A stretch of DNA of 63,992 bases, filler included, from Octopus bimaculoides (Eukaryota), in NCBI RefSeq assembly GCF_001194135.2. It is 8 parts of 8 records of this genome, joined end to end, with 100 filler letters (N's around TTAATTAATTAA, not from the genome) between each part and the next. Parts side by side here need not be neighbours in the genome. Positions count along the whole stretch, not along the records: positions 50,676 to 59,426 come from NC_068985.1; positions 59,527 to 62,117 come from NC_068986.1; positions 62,218 to 63,992 come from NW_026419660.1; 5 more parts are not named here. One strand, 5' to 3'. The notes below the pieces were generated by a model. It made no database searches. It was not told where the DNA came from and saw only the letters and a list, made by a program, of their open reading frames with translations. Positions 51,358 through 63,992 of this stretch are shown here, in pieces. Position 1 is the first letter of the stretch, and each line of letters starts with the position of its first letter. The position numbers were made by a program, and so were the translations under genes.

Positions 51358-53139
51358 NNNNNNNNNNNNNNNNNNNNNNNNNNNNNNNNNNNNNNNNNNN
51401 NNNNNNNNNNNNNNNNNNNNNNNNNNNNNNNNNNNNNNNNNNNNNNNNNNNNNNNNNNNNNNNNNNNNNNNNNNNNNNNNNNNNNNNNNNNNNNNNNNNN
51501 NNNNNNNNNNNNNNNNNNNNNNNNNNNNNNNNNNNNNNNNNNNNNNNNNNNNNNNNNNNNNNNNNNNNNNNNNNNNNNNNNNNNNNNNNNNNNNNNNNNN
51601 NNNNNNNNNNNNNNNNNNNNNNNNNNNNNNNNNNNNNNNNNNNNNNNNNNNNNNNNNNNNNNNNNNNNNNNNNNNNNNNNNNNNNNNNNNNNNNNNNNNN
51701 NNNNNNNNNNNNNNNNNNNNNNNNNNNNNNNNNNNNNNNNNNNNNNNNNNNNNNNNNNNNNNNNNNNNNNNNNNNNNNNNNNNNNNNNNNNNNNNNNNNN
51801 NNNNNNNNNNNNNNNNNNNNNNNNNNNNNNNNNNNNNNNNNNNNNNNNNNNNNNNNNNNNNNNNNNNNNNNNNNNNNNNNNNNNNNNNNNNNNNNNNNNN
51901 NNNNNNNNNNNNNNNNNNNNNNNNNNNNNNNNNNNNNNNNNNNNNNNNNNNNNNNNNNNNNNNNNNNNCCCTCACAGACAGAGGAATACAGATGTGAACG
52001 TGCAGCAGATGCGACTTCATGCTTATCACATATAATTTGTCGATTAGATTATACAAGCCAGAAAACTGAAAAAGTCCAAAATCCAACATTTCCTCCCAGA
52101 AAACGTGATCAGCGAAGCTAATATGCTACGTTATGCTTCATCACTAGTCAATTCTGCATTAGCAGGCACTTACTGAAGAAAGTTTTGTCTGAGCATCCAC
52201 ACACCTTCATTTGATTCCATCAGCATCTCGAAACACAATCATGTCTGCCTTGATAAATTAGCTAAGGCAGAGAAGTTTTTATTTGGAGAATGAAAATACC
52301 ACCAGTTGTTCTCAATGGATTCGATATGTGAGATTCAACGAGTAATTTAGAGGGGTATTTTACCAGTAAAAACAGAGGTATTTGTATTTCACTTCTGTTT
52401 TATGAATCAACTAGATGAAATATATACTGACACTAATCACAAATGCGTGTTTACTTATGCAGATACGAAAGCATTGAGTGAAATGGCATTTAGAATTAAA
52501 GTATTGATACATTGACAATATACATTAGATTACAGATACGCAAGTTTATCATCAAAAAAGGATCGCATGTGCAATAGAACTTGATTTATATGCAAAATAA
52601 AGATAAACATAAATTGTTATACTAGAAACGTGAGATGTAGGGCGACGAATGCAAGAATATTATCACAGCTTATATGGACACGTAGCGTAGCTTTTCACTC
52701 TATAAATTTGAAAAGTAGGGATAGAAAATATAAATGAATGTAATGAGTGGGGATAGAATTAGTTGGAATGAGAGGAAATAAATGACCAGGAGAAAGTAGA
52801 AAATTAAGAAAAGTGCCAGACTTAAATAAATACCCTATAAAAATATGAAGTAACAAAGTGTGTCATTACGTAAAATATGTATTTGAGGTAATTACAAGTA
52901 ATGTATAATATATATCTGGAACAACTACAAATATCCTTAAGCTGGGGAACAAAAGGTATTTAAACGGTGCAATAAAAATTTATGATTGCAAATTAATGTT
53001 GCTTTTAACAAGCGGCTTTATATTATGAAAATTCAGACGTCAAAGTTACTATCATAAATGATAATTTGAGATAGCTTCAGAGGGAAGATAATTTTCCTTA
53101 AGAATCAATGTTTATGCTAAATATTGATTTGAAATTTTG

Positions 53140-53345
53140 CCAGAAAGCCAACGGGTTTTTGAAGGGATCAAAGTCGATTAAATCGACCCCAGTGTTCAAC
53201 TGATACTTTTTTTATCGACTCCGAAATGATGAAAAGCAAAATGGATTTCAGCAGAATTTGAACTTAGAAGGTAACATCGGACGTAAATGTCACTGAGCAT
53301 ATTTTCCCGCCATGCTAACGATTCTGCCAGGGCACCGCCATAAGT
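53140..53345 (-). mobile_element. Diverged SINE family B
   Basis: aagtcgattaaatcgaccccagtg...gaatttgaacttagaag...atgctaacgattctgccagggcaccgcc. Confidence 0.75.
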
Positions 53346-55628
53346 TGGTTAAATATTAACATTTGAAAATTATGACTTATTTGTAATTTTGAAAAATAAT
53401 GAATTAGATATCGTATTATTAAGAAATTGTTTGTTTCTATTTGGCTAAATTTTTAAATATAGATTACAAAATATCGTAAATTAGTAAAATTACCTTAATT
53501 TTGAAAATTTCTATTTTAATGAAAAATGAAAATTAAAATGAAGTAGTTTTATAATAACATTACAGAATAAATTTAATAAAATCAATTAAAACTTATTAAA
53601 AAATACTGAATTTACTGAGTAAGAACTTTTTCTTTGCTTTGTCAATAAGATTTGATATGACTTGTTGTAAAGATATTGAATGGTAGGCTTGAATTGTTTC
53701 ACTGTAGGGAAAACATAATTAAATAACGAATGAAGTAAGTTTGAACATAGATTTGTACAAGAAATTTTGTAAGAAACTGTGTGGAGAGCTGAACATGAAA
53801 ATGCCTTCAGAGAAGGACTATCATGCAAGATTTTCGGCCGTTAATTACTTACACTCTAAGGGAGCTTGACTTCAACCGGATCATAACACGTGTATACCCG
53901 TCTTCTGTACTACTGACTGCATTGTAACCCTCCTGGATGGCTCGAGGCTAGGTAGCTTGGGTGTTGTAAACAGTTCAGCCTATGACGCCGGTTGGCTGTA
54001 GATAAATCTGATTAAATTAGCAGAAATAATAAGGGAACTGTACTAATTGTATAAACTAAGATAATGAATAATTCCTTATGTTAGTTATAAATGAATGTCA
54101 TTCAGAAACTATTCTGCAAAAAGAAAAAAACAATGTTAATTTGAGGAAAATATGTTGTTATCGGAGGAAACGAATTCATTTAGTTAATGCAAATATGTAT
54201 GATAATAGAAAAGAGTTAACATCTGTGAACTTAAGTATATAATAGCAATAACATGAAAAGGCTACAGGAAATCAGAATTGTAAGAATCAATATGATGTGA
54301 TGGAATTGGATTAAAGATAGACAGTGGAAATGAAATTTTATATAAAGTTTAAAAGATGAGAGTATGTAAAATGTTAGTTTATATAACATATTATACATCT
54401 TAAATCCAATGACAAAAATAATATTGGTGCTCGGTGGACGCAACAGATGCAACAATAAAAATAATTGTATCTTACTGGTAAGTGAAGCTGTGCAATTCGA
54501 AGAGAGTAATAGGTAATATGAAAGAGAAAACAAACGTGTACTGCCTGATACGACTGGAATCCCGTTAACTATCGGTTGTAAGATTATCTTGTTGCTGAAT
54601 ACAGCCAAGAAGGTCTCCCACTTAAAACTTTCTAATTATATGCTACAATATTCCATTCATATAAATCATCATCTTTACTATAACTGAAATTTCCCTCGAG
54701 ACACAGGAATAGTAGATCAAGCATTCACCATGAATATGATTTAGTAACAACTTATATTTGTAATAATTTCGTCCGGAAGCTGGAATAAACATGGAAACAT
54801 GGTAATTGCATTCAAAATGTATCAACTGAAATTCCATAACAAATGATTAGGGTTAGTAAGATTACAAGACATTAGCTGAGGTGGGTGGGTCTTCTGACAT
54901 TAGAAATGTATCATAACTTACATACACTGAGATGACAAAAATTCCCTAATGGTAATAATGAACATAAAATAGGAGACAGTAAAAACTCTACCAATGTTTT
55001 TGTTTTCTTTTATTGAAAACCACACATGTCTGGGGTACTGAAGAAGGAAATGTTGATAAGATGGAGAAACAGCAAGAACAAGGGTTACAAAACTAAAACC
55101 TAAACTGAAAATGGGTCTGAAAGATTGACATACTAAGACACTTGCCAGAAAGAAATAAAAACTCTCCACGGTCAATACGTGAGATGACAGAGCAAAGCCG
55201 CAGGAGACAGTGGAATCAGACAGACAAAGGAGTAAAGAAATCAAAGTTGAAACTGACAGACATTTAATACCATGGAAGGAATGTTGTTGTGACGCTTTTC
55301 ACAAAATTTATCCTTTGCAGATAACTTGCCCGCATTTCTCAAACCCGATTCAGTGACTTTGAAAAGGGCCATGGATGGTATTTCTTCTTCAGGAATGTGC
55401 TTCATAGATTTCTTGCAACAAATATTTATCACAGCGTATAGGAGTGACATGTAAACAGTAGTTTCAAATTGACATTTCTGACACCCGCAAATATTGAGAA
55501 ATATAAAATATCAATCACTTCTACAAACAAGAGGAAAACAAAGGAAATAGGCACAAACTGTGTGTGTATGTGTGTGTATGAATATGTAATGACCATTATT
55601 TATAGCTTGTCATATATACACATTATAT

Positions 55629-55679
<51 letters not shown>

Positions 55680-56236
55680 NNNNNNNNNNNNNNNNNNNNN
55701 NNNNNNNNNNNNNNNNNNNNNNNNNNNNNNNNNNNNNNNNNNNNNNNNNNNNNNNNNNNNNNNNNNNNNNNNNNNNNNNNNNNNNNNNNNNNNNNNNNNN
55801 NNNNNNNNNNNNNNNNNNNNNNNNNNNNNNNNNNNNNNNNNNNNNNNNNNNNNNNNNNNNNNNNNNNNNNNNNNNNNNNNNNNNNNNNNNNNNNNNNNNN
55901 NNNNNNNNNNNNNNNNNNNNNNNNNNNNNNNNNNNNNNNNNNNNNNNNNNNNNNNNNNNNNNNNNNNNNNNNNNNNNNNNNNNNNNNNNNNNNNNNNNNN
56001 NNNNNNNNNNNNNNNNNNNNNNNNNNNNNNNNNNNNNNNNNNNNNNNNNNNNNNNNNNNNNNNNNNNNNNNNNNNNNNNNNNNNNNNNNNNNNNNNNNNN
56101 NNNNNNNNNNNNNNNNNNNNNNNNNNNNNNNNNNNNNNNNNNNNNNNNNNNNNNNNNNNNNNNNNNNNNNNNNNNNNNNNNNNNNNNNNNNNNNNNNNNN
56201 NNNNNNNNNNNNNNNNNNNNNNNNNNNNNNNNNNNA

Positions 56237-57235
56237 TAATGGAAACTCCTAGTATCATAGCATCATAGTTTTGAAATATCAATAAAAGCCTCAAAACTTT
56301 GTTTACTTTTATGTTTTTTTAAAATTTATTATTAGTGTCGCTTAATGCGCTTTGCTAAAATTGCTCTTTCTTTTCAGATATTAAAATTAAAATGACAGAT
56401 CTATCGGACTTATAAAGAGGTTAAATTGTTGGTGCTCCTATGGCAGGCGCTAGCGTAACGAAAACAGGCGTAATGTTTGGTGTATTAAAAAGTACTGTCT
56501 AGAAAGTAATGACAGCCTTTGGCAACGAAGGAAAAACCTCCTAATCGAAACAAAATTCTGGAAGAAAACCAAAACTTTCAAAACCGTCAGACTCTTACAC
56601 GAATTGTTAGAATGGATCACAAAAGTACAGTTCCCAAAATTACTGCAGAGCTTAATGACCACCTCGATAACCCAGTTTCTGCAAAAACTGTTCGCCGGGA
56701 GCTGCACAAAGCCGGATTTCACTGGAGGGCTGCAATCAGAAAACCGCTACTTTTAAAAACAAGCGTTGCAAAGCGTTTAGAGTGGAGTAAAAACCTACAG
56801 AATTGGTCACTAGAGCAGTGAAAGAATGTTATTTTCTCAAACGGGTCATCCGATCACCGGGTGAGTGTACATGTGGGGACAGTCAAAAAAAGGATTTGTC
56901 CCAGACTGCCTTCTTCCAACTGTTAAACATGGAGGAGGATCTGTGATGATCGGGGGTGGGGAGATGTATCTTGGAAATCCACCGGCCTAATGGTTTCCCT
57001 TCATGGCGGAATTAATTGTCAAGACTCTTTAAGCATTGTATCTGATCAAATTCTTCCTCTGATTGTGGAACTGTTTCCGGAGGGAAACAATCTTTCAGGA
57101 TGATAAAGTACCAATTCACGCAGCTAAATTTGTTATTGAATGACACGAGGAAGGAACATTCTAGTGAAGTTGAACTTCTTATCTGGCCACTACATTCTCC
57201 ACGTCTCAATATCATTGAACATTTATGGTGAATGA
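56237..57235 (+). mobile_element. Tc1-family transposon, same family as 24954-26068, defective
   Basis: QTLTRIVRMDHKSTVPKITAELNDHLDNPVSAKTVRRELHKAGFHWRAAIRKPLL (HTH), LLPTVKHGGGSVMI and LNIIEHLW (SPDLNPIEHLW-like). TIR remnant aatggaaactcc lies at the gap edge. Confidence 0.9.
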
Positions 57236-57340
57236 TTATGATTGGAATTCTTTTCTTCGATGTTAGTCAATGAGAAGTCATTCCAGAAGGAACCAAAGAG
57301 TTAAGAATCTCTGTAGTTATTATTATAGATGACACACACA

Positions 57341-57391
<51 letters not shown>

Positions 57392-57930
57392 ACACACACA
57401 CACAAACACACACACAAACACACACACACACACGCACACGCACACACACACATCCTTTATGCTAGCATAAAAGATGTCCACTTAGTAGTCATATCTTCTC
57501 ATATCTATGTAATATAATTTTTTTGAATTTTCAGAATTTTCTCTATGCTAGGCCACTGGTTTTAAATTGGTCCTAATTATATTAATATCCGATTTACCAC
57601 TCTTATTATTTAAACTTTAAATATATATATATGTATATATATTAACATTATATATTTACATATATATGTATCTATATTATACGTTAGTAGAGTTAGCGGT
57701 TGGAATAACCGTGTAAGGGATAAGAATATTCGTTTTTACTACCGGTATAAATTACTTATGTTAACCCGGGGCATACATATGCAAGCATATTATGCTCATA
57801 GCATACAGGCAAGAACAAAATAAACAAGAGTTTATCAGGAGTCAAATTTAAATTAGGCAGCAAAATGAGAAATTTCTTGATCAACAAACAAATTGACTAT
57901 CGTCGATTATCATTTTTAATACAAAACTTT

Positions 57931-58726
57931 AGCATTTATAATAGCGTTTCTGCTTCCAGTGTCCGTCAGTGTTGCCAAAGAAAATTCTGAGAATAATATT
58001 CGTCTATAGCACATCCGATCTGGTGCATGAGCTTCATCAGAGTGAAGAAAATATATAAAATAAAAGAAAAGAGAAAAGAAAAAGGCCCTTATAATGTCAT
58101 AAGCGGCTTTGGGTCACTTATAACATATGCTACTTCTTCATACTTTTACTTTATATTTTATTTATTTCTTTATTTACATCTACCTCTATAAGTGTCTTTG
58201 GTTTTTAAATTCAACTGACCAATTTTATTGATGGCTGAACTTTGGTCAATCCCATTATGGACAAAAGTGGTTGGTCTTTATGATATATCCATAAATACAC
58301 TAATGTAATTAATTCATGGGCCTGTTAATTGGATTAATTAGTACTAATTAAGAAATCTTCAATACTATTCTTTTTCTAGACCTATTGGCGAATCTCGTTA
58401 TACTAAAGTACTTATTTTATTTTTTCATTATTTATACACGCTCTTACCCATAAAGAAAGATTAACAAACTCATTAATTTTCTACTTTATATTTGTTCAAC
58501 GACTTGAAGCGTTACACTGCAAAATGATATGATTTCAAATATATTAAGACGTCTTTCCACATTTCGAGGTCCTTCTCTTTTAGTTCATGTATTTTCTTCA
58601 CTCTGATGAAGCCCCATGTACCAGATCGGATCTGCTATAGAATATGACGCATATTATTCTCAGAGATTTCTTTGGCAGCGCTGACGGACATTGGAAGCAG
58701 AAACGGCTGTTAGAAATTATAAAGCT
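57931..58726. repeat. Element bounded by ~110-bp inverted repeats (MITE/foldback-like)
   Basis: 57945-58053 is the reverse complement of 58590-58705 with scattered substitutions and one 5-bp indel. Confidence 0.8.
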
Positions 58727-58815
58727 GTGTATCAAAAATTAATAATCGATGGTAGGAAATTTGTTTGTTTATCAAGAATTTTCTCTATTTTCTGCCTAAT
58801 TTAAATATTATATGT

Positions 58816-58956
<141 letters not shown>

Positions 58957-59207
58957 ATGGAGAGAAATAGAGAGAGAAAGATGTACTTGCATAGCAAGTA
59001 ACCTCATCTGAGATTGTGTGCTGAAACAAAAAACCATTGCAGCGTGGAAGGTGTTGTTTATAAGCCATTTTAAAACACGCAAAAAACCGTTAGATTCACT
59101 TCAACATTTCAAATTAATTTCTCAAAATATTTTCGTGGCTTTGAAACCGCGACCTTTTCACGGACAAAATTCCGTGCTGCATCTGAGAAAGTAACAGTTA
59201 GTTCATG

Positions 59208-59242
<35 letters not shown>

Positions 59243-59526
59243 TGTATGTATATATGTATGTATGTATATATGTATCTATCTATCTATCTATATACGTATA
59301 TACGTACGTACGTACGTATGCATGTGTATGTTGCATGAAAGTATGTACTTATGCCCATTGTGCATGCGTATATGCCTATACGTATGTATGTATGTATGCA
59401 TGTACTTAGATATGTATATGAGTACTNNNNNNNNNNNNNNNNNNNNNNNNNNNNNNNNNNNNNNNNNNNNTTAATTAATTAANNNNNNNNNNNNNNNNNN
59501 NNNNNNNNNNNNNNNNNNNNNNNNNN

Positions 59527-60745
59527 CTGAAAGTAACCAGGTGCTGACTTGATTCCGAAAGGGAGTCTTTGCTGCAGGAGTACTCCACGGTGAGTGCTGA
59601 GTGCGAGTCTGCGTTGACTTTCTGGAGCCAACTTGATCTGATTATAGGCATCAGCAAGGTCAATCTTTGTATATCCGTATCCACCTCCGAGTTTCTGCAT
59701 CAATTCAACCGTAGACAGTTTCTTTTGCAACCTTTGCTGCGTCTTCAGTCTCGATGGCAACTTGGACAGCACGGGCAAAATCTAGTTCTGTGTCTTTGAT
59801 CTTAAAAAGCGCCTTCAGAACCGCTTCATTGTTGACCGAACATATGAATCTCTGTCTCAGAACATCATCCTGTGGGTTGGTAATCGATGGAAAATCAAAG
59901 GTAGCCGCATCCTGACGTATACGTGCTGCCAGCTCCTGGAGAGTTTCGCCTGGCTTCCGTTGCATATCACTCCAAAACTTGAAACGCTCTCTCACAATGA
60001 AAGGTTTTGGGTCGAACTGTTCCTTCATGAAGTCAACGATTTCGTCCATTGTCAAGTTGTTGATATCTTTAGGCGGATTTTGCTGAGTAGCTAGATTAGC
60101 AAGTTGCTTGTAAATAGTAGCAGTCTGATTGGTCAGGAACACTTGTGCCATGCGTTGTTCAGGTACAGCATTAGCTGCAGAAACGTGCGGAATCTTGACC
60201 AGTAATCAGGCCATAGTTCTGTCGTTGAATCAAATGCAGCAAATGGTGGAATCGACACTGTTGTTGAAGCAGATGAAAAATAGCCACTGGAATCGCCTTC
60301 AAGTTGTTGATCGGAATGTCGGGCACCAAACAGTTTTAACAGAGTGTCCATATCTCTCTTATGTTGCTGCATTTGCTGTTCCATTTGTTCCCTAAACAAC
60401 TTTATCAGCTCTACTGTCTGTTTTTCCGCCATGTTATTAAGATGAACAATTTTACGGCAAAGTATGCATGTAATCCTATCAGCGACGCCACTAAACTCTG
60501 TTGTATTCCTCTCGGGAACTCGCAGAGAAAACACAACGAGTTGTACAACTTAGTTATTACAGTTATTTATTAACCATAAACAAAGACTCACTCACCGAAT
60601 GTTAATTATCAAGAAACAAGAATGTTTTCCTTGCCATATATCTCAATACAACCCCGACAGTCACTCAAAACAGCAACGAAACAGGGACCTCAAATGAACT
60701 ATATTGAAATATGGGACTTCAGACGAACAACAAACAAATCTAACA
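59527..60745 (-). mobile_element. Ty3/Gypsy LTR retrotransposon: putative 5' LTR, PBS, gag and RT fragment, internally deleted
   Basis: gag: IPPFAAFDSTTELWPDYWSRF...FIVRERFKFWSDMQRKPGETLQELAARIRQDAATFDF...LRQRFICSV. RT: KIDLADAYNQIKL...THRGVLLQQRLPFGIKSAPGYFQ. PBS TGGCGTCGCTGATAGGAT at 60490-60473. Putative LTR TG...AACA at 60745-60499 contains AATAAA. Confidence 0.88.
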
Positions 60746-60879
60746 GTTCATATAATAGAATGGATTTGTAAAGGTAGTAGAAAGAGTAAATTAGATTTTA
60801 TTAGAGGGGGAAAATGTTAATTTGTGTAGTTTTATGGATTTTATTCGTAATTGGGAGTTCTTTTGACGGAAAAAATGAC

Positions 60880-61370
60880 GCTGTGAGCTAAGTTATGGTA
60901 TTTAGAATATTAATTCCGATTTTTTCATCCAAGAAATTTGGAATTGTGTAAATGTATGAATTTTAAACATATACACACACACAGCAAATCTGCCTTTTAT
61001 AGATAAGATACCAAATCGGGATCAGCTCGAAAGCGATGCGACCATCTGCAGTTCTGTGCAGATGTAGCAACGCAACTAAGAGCTGGTTATTCCCCCCCCC
61101 CCAAAAAAAAACAAAAAAAAACAAATACTAATAACTGTAGGGAGAAAAAGCAAAGCCTGCCAGAGGGACATCCCGCTGAATTCAGCCGATCTACATAAAT
61201 AGAAAAAAATCGAGGGTCGCAAAAGGCAGTGTCGTGAATGCCTTCATCAAAAACGGAAAGCTCCTAGTGGAAGGGCTGTTGGAACAACTTTCCAATGTGC
61301 ATTCTGCACGGTTGCATTATGTAGAGCAGGGTGCTTTACAAGTTTTCATGATAGAAATATTGTTTGATTT
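60880..61370 (+). mobile_element. piggyBac-like transposase C-terminal relic with Cys-rich domain
   Basis: DHLQFCADVATQLRAGYS followed by KIEGRKRQCRECLHQKRKAPSGRAVGTTFQCAFCTVALCRAGCFTSFH (CxxC...CxxC...C...C...H), interrupted by stops and a poly-C/poly-A tract. Confidence 0.8.
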
Positions 61371-62627
61371 GTATATATGTGTGATTTGATTTTATAAATA
61401 TTTCCAACTTTACTTCGTTTTTATTTTTCTTTATGTGTAATTTTAATTTACTTGTGAGTGATGAATTTTGATTAATTTCTTTTGTAAATCATTATTGTAT
61501 ATTTCTGTGTATCTATGTATGTGGGAGAGCTTATTTAATCTAGTTGATGGTGTGTGTGTATCTTGTTTTCTAGTTTTCTTCACAGACAAATTCCAGTCTT
61601 TCGTTTTACTCATACCTTTATGGTACACCTGTCTTTTGTGTGTTTAAATTCACCTGATGAATCCAGTAATGTGCACAACTCTTCTATAATAAAATTTTGT
61701 TGTATACCCAATTGAATATTAGCTAATAACCCATTTGCTATAGCGATGTTTGAACAAAAATTTTAATAATTTTATATTTTGTTGAATTTACCTTTATTTA
61801 TCTGTAATTAGAGTCACTTTGTGACAAAAATTATGGTATAGAATTGGTTAAGAACCTTTTGTTAAATTATCTTCCTTTTATTTATTTACGGCCTCAACAT
61901 CTTTCTCATACCTTTTTGCGCTTTAGTCTGTCCTCTATTATTTATCTTGTTTCTCTCCATGAAATTCAATTGAATTCAGTTGTTGTCTTAAATTCATACT
62001 TATTCATTTTCTAAGCTTCCTAAATTCATGCTACTTATCTATTCGATTCACCTAGGTTTCATTGCTCTTTTAAAAATTACGATTTATGCATTGTTGTCTC
62101 TCAAATATTTAAAATCTNNNNNNNNNNNNNNNNNNNNNNNNNNNNNNNNNNNNNNNNNNNNTTAATTAATTAANNNNNNNNNNNNNNNNNNNNNNNNNNN
62201 NNNNNNNNNNNNNNNNNATGCGTTTGTATGTGCGTAGGTATGTATGTACATATATGCAAATAGTCTGATTGCTGTATGGAAGCACGTACGCTCATACACA
62301 TCTCTCTGTGCGTATATATGTGTGGCATGTGCATAATATACTTCTCCATTTTGTTTCAATTCTAATTTAGGCTTGCTAGTCATGTCATTGTGTACATATT
62401 TTCGTAAATCTGTAAACTCATAGAATCAAATTTTCGGAAATAATAATGTATTACAGAATTTTCCCTTTATTTAACACATGAAATAGAAATACAGTAATAC
62501 AACTAACATACATTGTTAAAAAAGAATGTGTTCTTTAGTTCTTTAGAATAATTATTATATATGGCGGATGCCATTTAGGAATTGATTATCGAAACTGCCT
62601 TAAGACACCATCGCAAATGATACATGC

Positions 62628-62671
<44 letters not shown>

Positions 62672-63220
62672 NNNNNNNNNNNNNNNNNNNNNNNNNNNNN
62701 NNNNNNNNNNNNNNNNNNNNNNNNNNNNNNNNNNNNNNNNNNNNNNNNNNNNNNNNNNNNNNNNNNNNNNNNNNNNNNNNNNNNNNNNNNNNNNNNNNNN
62801 NNNNNNNNNNNNNNNNNNNNNNNNNNNNNNNNNNNNNNNNNNNNNNNNNNNNNNNNNNNNNNNNNNNNNNNNNNNNNNNNNNNNNNNNNNNNNNNNNNNN
62901 NNNNNNNNNNNNNNNNNNNNNNNNNNNNNNNNNNNNNNNNNNNNNNNNNNNNNNNNNNNNNNNNNNNNNNNNNNNNNNNNNNNNNNNNNNNNNNNNNNNN
63001 NNNNNNNNNNNNNNNNNNNNNNNNNNNNNNNNNNNNNNNNNNNNNNNNNNNNNNNNNNNNNNNNNNNNNNNNNNNNNNNNNNNNNNNNNNNNNNNNNNNN
63101 NNNNNNNNNNNNNNNNNNNNNNNNNNNNNNNNNNNNNNNNNNNNNNNNNNNNNNNNNNNNNNNNNNNNNNNNNNNNNNNNNNNNNNNNNNNNNNNNNNNN
63201 NNNNNNNNNNNNNNNNNNNN

Positions 63221-63267
<47 letters not shown>

Positions 63268-63992
63268 GTATATATGTACGTATATATATATATATATATA
63301 TATATATTGTATATACATATATACATATATATATACATATATATATACATATATATATACTTATATGTTTATATACATATATACATACATATATATACAC
63401 AAATGTATGCACATAAACACAAGCACACTCACACACACACGCGCGCATGAACACACCATATATATATATATATCTACATATGTACGTAAACATATGCGTA
63501 TATTTCATTTTAATATGCGATTCAATTGTGAGCAATAGAATTCGAAAGTAAAAAAAAAATAAATGGAAGCAGAATTAGAGAATAAAAAAAACAGAAAAAG
63601 AAAACATTTGAAAAATAAAAATACAATCCATATTTGATAAGAATATATCGATAGAGGCATTCATTGATTATGTATCGAAACAATCATTATTCACCCGATT
63701 CAGCATAGTTTTATGTTTTTATTTCGTATCTCGTATCTCGTAATCTTACTTGAAATTTTTTGGTTAAAAATGATTCATCGTGTGTTATGCTCTGAACATA
63801 AGAGCACCGTACATACCTTAAGATTAACGTACTCACACACACACACACATACACACACATACACACACATAGACGCAGAAAGATATATATATATATATAT
63901 GTATAAAGAAAGATATGCTTATATATACTTATTAAATATACATACGCTAACATACATATATATGTGTATATGTATATGTATATATGTGTATA

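Noticed and set aside
53720-53860. Open frame DLYKKFCKKLCGELNMKMPSEKDYHARFSAVNYFTL*
   Set aside because: Short and unrecognised; chance ORFs of this length are expected.
54990-55450. Purine-rich block with ORF 55241-55450 (-), an exon-like DNLPAFLKPDSVTLKRAMD (+) and a faint Gypsy RNase H-like IKVETDRHLIP
   Set aside because: The three readings conflict, each is weak and stop-ridden; it needs BLASTX.
59095-59200. Minus-strand stem-loop layout resembling a hammerhead (GUCGC...GCCAC-GAAA-AUAUU)
   Set aside because: The core reads GUGAAAA rather than CUGANGA, which is too far from the catalytic consensus.

Overview
Repeat-dense, AT-rich eukaryotic genomic DNA. The SINE families and the (AT)n/(GT)n microsatellite load look like coleoid cephalopod (Octopus-like) DNA; this is inference from recognition, not a database result. 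The window is probably not one contiguous locus. Seven identical 100-bp artificial spacers (44 N + TTAATTAATTAA + 44 N) split it into eight blocks, and there are many ordinary N gaps. The only host gene I can support is two consecutive minus-strand coding exons of PSMD5 (26S proteasome assembly chaperone S5b) at 48742-48877 and 47192-47295. The rest is mostly mobile DNA: at least four tRNA-derived SINE families, two Tc1 copies, a maT/mariner-like relic, a piggyBac relic, a hAT MITE with a nested SINE, CR1-like and R4/Dong-like non-LTR retrotransposons, two Penelope-like fragments and an internally deleted Gypsy element. The most interesting unexplained structures are minimal type I hammerhead-ribozyme-like motifs, a SINE foldback, R4/Dong-like insertions in microsatellites and several long inverted repeats. 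Almost all ORFs in the supplied track are microsatellite or N-gap artefacts. I found no CRISPR array, rRNA or true tRNA gene, and nothing that clearly amounts to a new biological system.
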